Position numbers and translations under genes: made by a program
The notes under the pieces: generated by a model
The model's database searches: none
Seen by the model: only the letters and a program-made list of their open reading frames with translations
What the model was told of the DNA's origin: nothing
In this document: positions 21,998-33,000 of the stretch, one piece after another
How the letters are laid out: each line of letters begins with the position of its first letter
Numbering within the stretch: the stretch's first letter is position 1
DNA from: Curvularia clavata
Lineage: Eukaryota
Reading direction: 5' to 3'
NCBI GenBank assembly: GCA_023920165.1
Contig: CP089277.1
Location: 2,294,001-2,358,000 of the forward strand
DNA length: 64,000 bases

Positions 21998-24554
21998 TCA
22001 GGGCAATTGTGCATGGTCATTTCCCTTGAAAATCGAAGCTTTGCGAAGCATATTCATGCAACTTCTCGTTATACCCAAAATCGCTTGGCTAACCTTCTCA
22101 GCTCCTTCGATTGTGTGACAATCGAAGTGCGGCTCCAGCGCTCTGTCTTTAATGACAACGTTCTTCTCGCACAGTTTACGATAAACTGACGATACTGTAG
22201 TCTCTCTAATATCATTGAAAATGATTTGAAGTTGTCTGGAGAGCTTTCTTACTAAAGCGTTGTTGGAGCCGCAGAAGGAGAGAACACTCAAATGCGAGGC
22301 TGCGTACGACAGTTCTTGACTAGCTTCTTCTCCACAAAGCAGAAGTAGTTTCTGTGAAGCGCTCAAGAGAAGTACACTACACGCCGTGAAGCTGGTGTAA
22401 CTGAAATTCGCCGGACATGTTAGCTCGTTATAGCTAAGAGCTGGTGTATTTGGTGTATACATACACAGAAACCCAACAGTGCGACTTAATCAGGTTGTCC
22501 ATCTGTAGTAGCGAAGTCACTCGGGCGGACTGTTGTGCCGCCAAGACGCATTGCTCCTCGACGCGAATTAGCGAACCTACGTCTTTTGAGTCGGTTGAGG
22601 CGGCTTCGCCTAAGCGGAACCTCGCTATATCGATTAGATGATCCCGAAATGGCTCGACGAGCAAGCCCAGGAAGAGTATATGTAGCTGTAGAAGCGATCT
22701 TTTGGTGCTCCAGTTCATATTAAGTGGATCTGCGAGGCTGAGTCGACTTAGTTGCATTGACGGTGGAAGGTTATGGTGCCATTGGTTGAGAGACTCGAAA
22801 TGAGTTAAAGCCAGGGCAGCTCTTGGTTGAGTTGCAGTCTTCAGGTCAAGCGCTATGTATGTGGCTAGCCGGCCAAGTTCACCGACACTGTCATGAAGGG
22901 CGTCCCGCTCATGTTCATTGTGCGACCGAACAGAATGATACAACTGTGCAGTGTCAGAAAATGCCTAGAAGACACGATTGTAAATCATATGCGATAAATA
23001 GATCAATGGATAAAGAAGGTTACTGTTACGGTCAGGTCCTTCTCAGTGACTCGCGATTCGTGAGCGGTGTTGTAAGCAAACCAACTTTGTATATGTTAAT
23101 TTTCAAGAGCAGCCATTGTAAGATATAGAACGCACACACCTTTCCAAGAAGATGAGACTCCGGAACACATTTCGCCAATAGTCTGTTCTCTCTTTGGAGG
23201 CTTCGGTCTGGAATGACGGGGACGCAATTGCCTGCCTTCCAAGATTGAGGGCCGATACTGCTGGCTATTAGTCCATTTTGTCCAAAATACTAAGCATCAG
23301 GCGCTTACACGTAAGTCGTCTGGCGCTATCTACATGATTAGTGAAACGGCATATCGCTAGGCAGATTAGAAGCCGCATATAGCAGAGGTCGGACATCTTT
23401 ATTGAAGAGGACAGCTTGTACAGAAAGAGGCGTAGAAACTTTTCCTGGGCCAACGGCGTGTGTGCTTCTGCATCGCAATAGGTCCCTACTGCAGACATTG
23501 CAAAGACTTCAGTCGCGGATGTTGGTTTGGAGTCGTATCGCGGGCGGTAAACGGATCTCACGAGGTCTTCGGCTTCCTCCCTGGTCCAAAGGAACAGAAG
23601 TGAGCCTGTGCCATCAAGGAATGTCTTGACGGCTCTGGCTGTCATGTCTTCTTTTGGAAACGTAGAAACTTCAATTGAGTGGGTATCAATACTGAGAGCT
23701 TTTGAGAGAGAGCGTACTTCGTCCATGCTATCCTTGATGAGCGATGCTATATCAGGCGACTGACTTCGCAGATCTTGACTTTTCCTGTCCATCGTCTTCT
23801 GGTAAGTAGCTTCCAGTCCTTCGAGTTTGAATGGTGGCTGATTGGAGTCCGCTATTTTTGGGGCGGACGAGGATTCGTTATCCGACGGTCTCATTGACTC
23901 CGAATGGTGCTGTTGTTGCTTGAACTTCTCAAGGTACATCTGGTAGTTCTGATACTCCTCTGTTGTTTTGTAACACTCTAGCTCTTCTTTATATTTCCCA
24001 AGCCTATGATCAGCAGGTGCTCCCCAAGTGTTCACTTGTTCTTCATGGGATAAGGTCCTCCAACGCCTCCCTGTCTCCTTGGCAATGTCTGTGAAGGACG
24101 AACGGCTGAGTGTTGGATCTTGTCGGACATGCTCGCCAAAGAGTACATAAGCGGACTTAGGCTTGTGCGGAGCATTAGGATCTGGTCGTGGGTGCCGCCG
24201 GTACGACCTAGTCGTGCGCGCTGCCTGCTGGGAGGATTTTGATGATGCCTCAGCATGTTCTCTGACAGCGGCCTGCCATCCAGAGGGTAGAGGAGAGTAA
24301 TCAGGCACGTACTCTCTATGAGACATGCTTGAATTAGTGTACTCGCGTATTGCATGCTGGAGTTTCCAGCAATCACTCCGCTTGAAGTCAAGTGCCTCCA
24401 TGTCGGTTTCCATAATCATTGTCAAAGTCTCCCAGTCCTCAAAGCCGTTTGACCGTAGACGCTCCTCATACTGACTGAGCCCAAGCCGAGCAAGGGCTGC
24501 GCTAAGCTCGAAAGCCTCGGTAATAGACGGCTCCGAGAGCCTAGAACTCATCAT
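21998..24554 (-). CDS. SAM-like + HMG-box + fungal transcription-factor (middle homology region) protein; about 5 exons
   Basis: SAM-like LARLGLSQYEERLRSNGFEDWETL; HMG box PDPNAPHKPKSAYVLFGEHVR...IAKETGRRWRTL; MHR-like YWRNVFRSLIFLESW, LNQWHHNLPPSMQL, LHILFLG. Donors GTAAGC 23308, GTGTGT 23139, GTAACA, GTATGT join the ORFs 23268-24554, 22434-22943 and 21998-22462 in frame. Confidence 0.8.
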
Positions 24555-24829
24555 CCTAAGGTCTGCTATGATGTCCTTTGTGCAGTGTTGGAAGTAAGCT
24601 TAATAGATTTTTCGTCAACCGAAGTACGTTATGTGTGCACATGACCAATGTCTGAGCAAAGAACTCGATTCGAATTCCCTCATGAAGTTGGTAAGTCTAG
24701 TAGTGTAACGAATACCTGATTTCATTCCTTAGGCTAGGGAACCCCTGCATAAAAATTTAGCGAGGTACTTTGACTCCCATTAAGGCAGACAGCATAGTCG
24801 ATCGCATTTTTGTTCGTGCGTTGCCGTTA

Positions 24830-26691
24830 ACGTACCCCACGGGCGAGTTTCTCACACGGGCGAGTTTCTCACTTTTGCCAAGACCCCACCAAAACCACCA
24901 CATTATGGCACAGAATAGCCCATATTAGGCCTATATCAAGCAATGCGACATAAGAAATTATTCAGAGTCTACTTCTACTACCTGCTTACACGTTCTAGCG
25001 TTATGCCCAGTCTTATTGCACTATCCACACCGCCGTTGAGATGGTTCACCCCCTTTAGCGCGCACCTGCTTCTTTGCCTTCTTCCCATTACTACGCGCCC
25101 CAAAGTCTGTCAGAGCAGCCAGGCGCGCCCCATCTTTAACTATTAAGGTCCCCTCTGCCTGAATCCGCTTTTTTTTGTGCGATCTTCGTCGCGTGGCGGC
25201 TGCGTTAGCTGCTTCTAGCTCAGTAATACGTTTTTGCGCTAATGCTAGCTTGTGCGCAATAATCGCTGCCCCCTTTAAGACCTTCTTAAAAGCCTCTACT
25301 ATAGAAGCTGGTGAGCTATCTATATGCCTCTATATCCTCTGCTTTACTAGCGTCGACTGAGACCCTAATTCTAGAGTATTGCTGGGGGTTTGCGACACCT
25401 AGGGCTAGTTGTTGACAGGTAGGGGTGATGGAGTGCGCAACCTGACATCAAGGGCGGATATAACCCGTTCTAGGTTAAATGGGACCAATCTAGCGCCTCG
25501 AAATCCTCCTTGGATATTGCTAGCAGTAAACGAGGCGTCAAAAGCCCGCTTGAAGCAAGGTAGGAACTCTTGTTTAGTGATGTGGTTGATCTGGGTGCGC
25601 ATGACCGATTCGACTTGGCTCCCATAGGCCTGCTTCAAAGGGGCAAAACAGCCCACATCAAGCGGCTGTAAGAGGTGAGACGAGTGTGGAGGCATACAAA
25701 GAGTAATAATATTGTTATCTTTGCAGTATTTTTAGAAATCCAGCGAGTTATGGCTCTCACGGCCGTTAATAAAGAGTAGGCGGTGGGTACCTACCACCTT
25801 CTTCTTTGTATGCTCATTAAAGTGCTTTAGCCACGCAAGACCAAGCTTATTGGTTGTCTAGCCGTTCTTATAGACCCCAATAACCCAGTTCTGGGGTATA
25901 TCGCCGTCCTTGTACTAGCTTGAGAGGTGGTGGCGCGCCTTGAGGATGATGAAGGGCGGAATCGTCCACCCGGTCGCATTGATGCCCTGGATGACTGTTG
26001 CCTACTCTCTGTTGCCAGGCTGGATAGTCTTTGGCCGTCCGCGTCTCTCTAAAGCGGTAATAACTACTCTAGGAGTAATCTAGCCTATTATAAAGCCCGT
26101 CTCGTCAAAGTTGTACGTGTCGTCATCCTGGATACCATACTTGGCTTTCATGTTGGCTACTAGGCCAAACTAGTCTTGAATAGCCTTAGGATCCTCACAA
26201 AGGGCTCTCTTGTAGTCGTACTTGCGATTAAACTTCGTTTTAAGCTCAACGCGGCGCTTAACGAACGTACTGGGCCAGTTTTAGCCAACCTGGCCTAGAT
26301 TGCGCTTAGCACGTAAAGAATTAGCCATATCAGCCATATCTGCGAGCCTAGGGGGAAATCCACGTGAATTAAGATTAAGTATATGCTTAAAAACCACCTC
26401 CTCCTCAAGCTTAGTTAGTTTACTTAAATTAGGTATACAATCTACGCGTGAAGGTCGTCCTGCGCGTCGATTACTTAGTGTTCTCTAGGAGATGTTATAG
26501 ATAGCTGCAGCGCGTCGCTGTAAGAGATTCGCGTCTTGTTTAAGTGCCTAAAGCGCAAGCTATATCTGACATTCAGTAGAGGGCTGCAAGTGCTGTTTTT
26601 ATTGTGACATTAGGGGGTAGTAGGTGTTTTAGTGGGGTCTTGGCAAAAGTGAGAAACTCGCCCGTGTGAGAAACTCGCCCGTAGGGTACGT
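24830..26691 (-). mobile_element. Fot1/pogo-family (Tc1-mariner) DNA transposon, 1862 bp, RIP-inactivated transposase
   Basis: TIRs ACGTACCC(C/T)ACGGGCGAGTTTCTCACACGGGCGAGTTTCTCACTTTTGCCAAGACCCCAC with a 17-bp internal direct repeat; TA duplication 24828-9/26692-3. DDE_1 motifs YNFDETG and MPPHSSHLLQPLDVGCF; terminal RRCG*CNKTGHNARTC knuckle; many TAG/TAA stops. Transposase ~26610-24950. Confidence 0.95.
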
Positions 26692-27556
26692 TAAGGGATT
26701 TCCTTCATGGACAATAGAGGACGGCCGAACCGCACCCGCTATGATCTTGCCATGAACGTCCACGCCGGATGGCGTTGCGAAGACGCTATCGGCGCTGAGA
26801 CGCCACATCCAGCCACATGTGTGGCTGCCGCAAGAATTCAGCAGCGCTTCGGCACATTGCGAGCTACCGACCGTCACGTGGATATTACGAGACCCTCCTC
26901 GCACGAGTCAGTTGTGGCTGTGATCCGGCGAACTAGAATACGGCTAGACCGCTTCTGTACAGTAAGGATGTGAGCTGTTGCTTTGCTGTGCGACTCGATC
27001 AAGTAGCAAATCACTGCTGTAGCGCAACAAGCTCGTCGGGGACAGCAAATTGCTCGGCATACGATCTTGTTGTAATGTTCTACATATTAGCAAGCCTGTA
27101 GACAGATGCACAAAACTTAGAGATGGCCCGAGGCAGTCCGAGGTGATAGCGACTAGTAGCATAGCAGCGACTTGTGGTATTGTAAGGTAACTAAGAAAGC
27201 TACAACAAAGACACCAAGGGTATAGAGAGGCAAGAGGTTAAGGTATTTAATCCGAGAGTATTTAAGCTTTGTCATGGGTGTTGGTGTTGTTATTATAGAA
27301 AGTCCTGTCGGTGTTCCGCCAGGACGGGTTTTCCGTTACGCGTGGATGGATGTTAGGCAGCCATATTACCTAACACCTGCTTCTAGCACAAGTGAGGTGC
27401 GTTATCACGCTACGTAGATATGTCGTGCAGAGTTGATTAAATCTCTTTATGGGTCATCTGGACTTACGTTAGTAGGATTCACTCCTACGTGTTGATATAT
27501 ACTTCTAAAAGTCACGGCATCTAGCCTTAAGATTTACACTACACAGAGAAATAAAG

Positions 27557-29807
27557 TTATAGGTTCTTGTCACTACACTCCGCTCGCCAGGTATGCAGCA
27601 CGTCGAGTGACGATTGTGTATCATAATGTTTCTCGCCAAAGGCCTCTTGCCGCAACTAAAAGCATATTTCCATCAGTGCAAGAGCCTCCTCGCGGCGAGC
27701 TTACGACGGCAGCGTGAAGGCAAGATTTTTCATGCTGGTCAGCGTGCTAGGGTACTCCTCACCAAGCACGCTCTTCTTTGTCTGCATCACTTCCACAAAA
27801 AGCTCTTCCGCTTCCTTATATATCCCATCACTGTACAGACTCTGGGCACATTTCTATTCAAGATCTAATCTGTCCTTATTGCTATCCTGTGTCTGACTGT
27901 GCGACAGAATGAGTAGAGCATGCAGAAGCAAGCGCCTCCACTTGCTCTTGTTACTGTGATCGTTGTTTGGAAATATCTTAATTAGCTTTGTGATAGCGCG
28001 TTAAGTCTATTGTTCGAGCTGTCTCTAAGCTTGTAGTCTCGTATGTAGGGTATTATGCACTAGTTGATGGACGTCTAGTGCTGATTCGGTAGGTCGTCTA
28101 GTGATAAGCGTATACTTGTTAAGTACTTTAATGGCATCTTTATGGGCCTGTGGTGAAGCTGCCTCTAGAAGATCAAGCGAGATGTCCTTTTGATTTATGT
28201 ACGTATGTACTAATAAAAAGATAGTCTATAGCGACTATATCGCTATTCTAGACTTGGATTATAGAGAGATAGTGTAGCAGCTATAGTCTTTCTCAGACCA
28301 CATTCCCACTGCTCGCCTTTAGACAAGTTATTACTGTACTTGAGAGCTACGTCTTTGTGCTGGTCTAGCTGTGCTTAGTACTGCTGCACGGTTATGCTAC
28401 TAGCGTTTATGCACGCTGCCGCTTATGCAATTACTAAAGGCAAATATAATAGCTCTTTTAGCAAGTATATAGCAGTATGTTGCTTATTGTTTGAAGACGG
28501 CGTTGCCACGCCGTTTTGTAGTATCCTTAGCGCTGTGTCTGGCGTTATCTTATGCAGCGCTATAATATTCTGAGGAGTAAGCGTCTTAGCTATATTGCTC
28601 TCTATTTTTGTGAAGATAATAGAATATAAATTAGAGTGCGGCAGAAATTTAGCTAAGTTTGTACTAGTAGCTTCTGTCGTAGGCAAGCTACTTGGCTATA
28701 TAGTAGTGCGCTCTATGTTATTGAAGACTAGCAAACATTGTCGCGCACTTATTACTGCTATATAGCGTTCTACGATCTGCTTTATGTCTATCTGGTTATC
28801 GTTACACCTAGGAATGTTGAGCTTCTGCGCAATAATGGCATAAGACTAGTAGAGGCTGTCTCTGTCGCTCGCGTCTATCTAGAAAACTGAGCAGCTTCTG
28901 CTGTTCTGCTTTGTTCTGAAGGCAGTCTTGAGTGCGAGCTGCGATTTGCCTATTCCGCTAGGGCTAATAATTGCTAGCGCGGTGGTAGTCTGCGTATTGC
29001 TAAAGAGCTTTGCTTTCAGCTCTATAAGCTGTAGTTCGCGGCCTATAAAAGACTAGTTTCGTGAGAAGGGAAAAATTAAGGGCGCGCTGCTAGCTCTCTT
29101 AACTTTAGCCTGTAGTCTTCTTAATGCGCTCTTCTTTTCTTCTCTATACGTTGTAGGTATAGAGACGCTAAGAACTTTAAGTAGTTAGGCAGTATATGAT
29201 GTCTTCGTCTTTAGTCGTTCTGCGATTTTCGGCCTATTATATTCGCTTAGATATGCTAAACTGGTCTAAAGAATAGTTGCGCAGTGCGGCGAGTGAAATG
29301 TTAGTGATATTGAATAGTAATTAATCAAGTGATACTTTGTCGCCTATGCGCTGTCCTTTACACGAGAAGAACTCGACTGATACTAGCGCGACTAGCTCTT
29401 AGAGCGTCTATTCTCGAGTGAACTATTCGCTCTTCAGGAACGACGTTTCCTAGTTGCTACGTTAGGGCGTGTCTGCCGTAGTGGATAGCGAGACATCCGA
29501 TAGAAAGACGTAATATTAGGCCGCGTTCTGGTACTACTGAAACATCAAGTTGATCGCCTTTGAGCGCTTGTTGTTATTCTATCTATCGATCTAGAAGTAC
29601 CGCAACCTGTTCTGAGCTACTTATTTGGCGCAGAACTATAGCTTTCGGTAGCTATGTTCTTTTTTTATAGTTTCTATTTAATATGTCCTTAACAATAATC
29701 TTGGAGTCGCCGCATTGGTGCGATAGAATAGCGTAGGGCGGGATTGGCTTGCCGCGAAAGTCTGTAAAGATTAGTCTGTCTAGTGCGTCTAAATAGAGAA
29801 GCTGTAT
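27557..29807 (-). pseudogene. RIP-mutated fungal NLR: HET - NB-ARC - TPR
   Basis: HET: IPPYAILSH, YF*ID, AINLMFQ*YQNAA, *FTRE*TL*EL. NB-ARC: FIGRELQL, SGIGKSQLAL, F*IDAS, CLLVFNN. TPR: AEELFVEVMQTKKSVLGEEYPSTLTSMKNLA. Start ATG appears as ATA; Trp/Gln codons converted to TAG/TAA. Confidence 0.88.
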
Positions 29808-31297
29808 GGCGCTTATAGCTTGGACTTTAGTCTAAAGAATTAGAGATATAAATAACTTTTGTAGTAGACGAGTGAGAGTAGAATGTTAGCGGGAGTAGAA
29901 TGGAATCTTTACGATAAGGCAGAGAAGGCAGCCTAGTGAGGCAGTGCACACAACCAGGCTGAAGATGCTGCTGGCTGCATCAAGCGCCCAGCATCCTGCA
30001 CTGCCTCCCCTCACCACTTACACTAAGGCAGTGTTTGCCTTGCAAACTCATGGCAGAAGAGTGCATATGTAGGTAAGATGCTAGCAAATACAGCTAACTA
30101 ATCTATGAAGGTTATCGTTATAGCGTCTCGCCTGGCTCTATGCGACGGGGGCGGCTGCCTACACGGCCCGGGAATAGGAGCTGTCTAAGATCAGGCGATG
30201 AGTGAGAGCCGCAGCTCTCAGCCACAGCGCACAACCCCTCGCAGATATCTCAGCACGCTACCGCTGCCAAATGCCGCTAAAGTCGCACGGCCGGCTTGTC
30301 GCGTTTTGACGATGTTGTCGCCAGCGCGGAGAAACTGCCGGGATTCACACTCCTTACGTTAAGTCGACTCTTTAAGTGTGCAGTCTTGATCTTTGCTATC
30401 TTTGATTTCTTCCTAGTCTACCGAGCTATGTAGAATTTTATGCTGTCGCTAATAAACAAGGGTGTATTAGAGGAGAGTCGATAAACGGCACTGACAGAAC
30501 GAGCGACAGCATAGCCAACAACACGCTTTTTGGCGTCGGAGGGTAACACACTAGAAGAGCAAGAGCTGTAAAATAGATGCGTATTGCGTTTGTTAGTTTT
30601 TGAGTACGTTACACGCAACCCGAGCATCCGGAAGAAAAGGTGTCCCGTCACACCGTGCGTCCCGGTACGGAGGGATGGACGTTACACAAGCTTACAAGAT
30701 CATCAGGCCAGAATAGATTTCTATTCAACCCGATCGAATGGCTTCATATATCTTACCACCGGGCAGTGCATCTATATTGGATCGTGATTCCCCATTCCGA
30801 GCTCGCCATTACTCTGCATCAGCAATTACAAATGATACTTCCACATGCACAGTCTCCAGATATCGAAACGACCAATCTCCCAACCACTGCGTCTTCCTAC
30901 CAGAAATTCACATGCAGCCGCAGAAAAATCATTCGCAGACACCCTCTTGCACTTAATGAGAATTTCTACGCGCATTCCAAAAACGGCTTTTTTCTTAGGC
31001 CATGGGTGCTGTAACCGGCCTTTGCGAAGTAGTTTAAGCAACAGAACTAGTCGGCTGTTGCAGTAAACCTGCCGCGAGTCATGAACTACGCACATACATA
31101 CCATCCCTGCTCCAAACTTTCCACGCGCCAGAATACCAGACTAAAAGTGTGAAGAACAGGGACCGTATAGCCGCATACATATACCAAAGCTTTTCCAGCT
31201 CAACACTCACATCCTAGAAATCTTTTCACAAAAAAAATTTGCCTCTCCTTTAGTTATATTCGTAGCGAACAAGACACTCTCACCATGCCTCCCTACG

Positions 31298-31319
31298 CAC
31301 ACACACACACACACACACA
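31298..31319. repeat. (CA)n microsatellite
   Basis: Perfect CA run. Confidence 0.9.
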
Positions 31320-33000
31320 AACGATAGCCGCCCAAGAAAACCCTTTTCCCTCAAAAAAGCAAGAAAGTCAAAGAAGCAAAACAAAATGCAACCCGAAAAA
31401 GAAAAACTCATTACCAACAGTATCGTACACCGCAACTAAACCCCCATCAACCTGTTGAATGCCTTGTTCCAGAACACCCACGTGTAACTTTCAGCCAGCC
31501 CTACGACCCCCAACAAACGTCCCTGCTTACGGTCTCAGACCCCCTTACAGGGACGTTAACATAGCACCACCGTGAAAAACGAATCCTCTGCCAAGCAGTA
31601 GCTAGCTTGCCGGGAGCTTGCTTACTATTACCTGGAGTGGACCCTTTTTCTCTTTAGTACCCAAACCTCGGTTCGCAGAGTACACCGCCCTGTCTACCTG
31701 GCCATCGCAACGTCACACCTGCTCAGATTCTACATGTAGGGTGTGGCTAGCTGCGTTCGTGACCCTTGCTTCCCGTAACTGCATGCCAAGTATGTGTCTC
31801 GGGAAAAGAGCGGCAGCGGCGCAAGAAGCGAATGCGGATGCGAACAAACGGGCGAACCCAGCACGGGTTGGGCATGCGTCGGTGTCTGTGCGTCTTAAGG
31901 CTGGGTATGCATACTGATAGCACCACTGTCATTACCAGTACCACTGCCACTTTCACACTTCACTCCACATGGAGAGTTGGTGGGTTTCAAGTGTTTAGTC
32001 GATGGTGGTAGCAGTAGCGAGTCCTAGCAATACGCCATTCGTGTATATTGTCGTACGGTCGACATATTGCTGTTCGGATTGTGTGTGCTTTTTCCTTGCG
32101 GTGAAGAACAGGTCAGTGCGGACTCTGTGGCTGGCGTAAACATACGTTGTCATGCGGCGATAATCAGGGTCCCTGGAGAGGAATGTTAGACTAGAGGGAC
32201 CGGACGTGGGGGAGCATGAGTAAGAATTCACCTGCATCTTCTTTTGGCATGCATTTTGGCAAGGTGGACTGATTTTCAACTGTGCACACACATGTCGGAC
32301 GGTGCTTAGTCTTTGCGTAGCAGATTGGGAAGATACGGTGTGTGAGACGCGTTACTCCATGCTCCTGTTGTGTTTTTTGTTTTCTCCTCTTGCGAGTAGG
32401 ATGCCTAGGATGGCGACCGATGTTACAAAGGATAATAAGCAGCATCCCTGTTGGCAGACTTAGCTACTTTGCGTAATATACCACGAGGCGAAGATGGGAG
32501 GTCTGCCTGTGTGCCACCAAGCATTAGCCAGCTTAGGAAAGGGATATATGACCTGCTGCCTAGAAAAGTGCTTATAGTCGAACAATAGAAAAGAAGGACG
32601 AGGAGTTGAGCTTGAATCAAGGAATTGTTTAGCTTCAATATAATTGGCATGCAATTAGTATTAGCGCGTCTGCTGGTCAAGAAGAAACAAAGTGGTCGTG
32701 ACATATGTTCTAAACATGGAAAAAGAAAAGGCAAAGGAGATCGGTAAGTTAATAGCCACTGTGTATGCTGGGCTCGAATGCGCAAAATGCAGACCATACA
32801 TACCCGTTGTAGATGCAACAAAACAGAGAGACGGTATGGTATGAACTACATATCAAATAGCTAGAAAAGGTAAAGAAGACAAGATTGCAATGATGAAGAT
32901 CAAGAAAATGCGGAGCCATAGCGAGTAAAAGGGTATATGGTAAGGCAGGGGAAGAACAAGAAAAAGAAGAGATGCATACAGTAAGGCAAGTAGCCACCTA

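Larger units (their letters stand above)
20404..27353. mobile_element. Inner non-autonomous cargo element with ~0.5-kb inverted arms, inserted at a TA in the outer left arm
   Basis: 20404-~20925 is an inverted repeat of ~26820-27353 (e.g. ACTTTCTATAATAACAACACCAACACCCAT shared). Ends TA|ACGTCCAT and ATGGATGT|TA. Confidence 0.8.
19886..30682. mobile_element. Outer non-autonomous cargo element with ~0.5-kb inverted arms, TA-flanked, ACGT-type ends
   Basis: 19886-~20401 is an inverted repeat of ~30165-30682 (TA|ATGTCCGTCCCTACGTACCGGGACGCACGGTGTAACGGGACAC vs revcomp TA|ACGTCCATCCCTCCGTACCGGGACGCACGGTGTGACGGGACAC). TA at 19884-5 and 30683-4. Confidence 0.8.

Noticed and set aside
27465..27490. TACGTTAGTAGGA...TCCTACGT as another transposon end
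   Set aside because: Too short, with no partner end or matching 43-bp layout.
19886..30682. Starship interpretation of the cargo element
   Set aside because: No DUF3435 tyrosine-recombinase captain is seen; the ends are TA-flanked long inverted repeats.
31516..31600. Possible TPP riboswitch (CTGAGA on the minus strand)
   Set aside because: The downstream conserved TGAT...TAAT...AGCG core is absent and no thiamine gene is adjacent.
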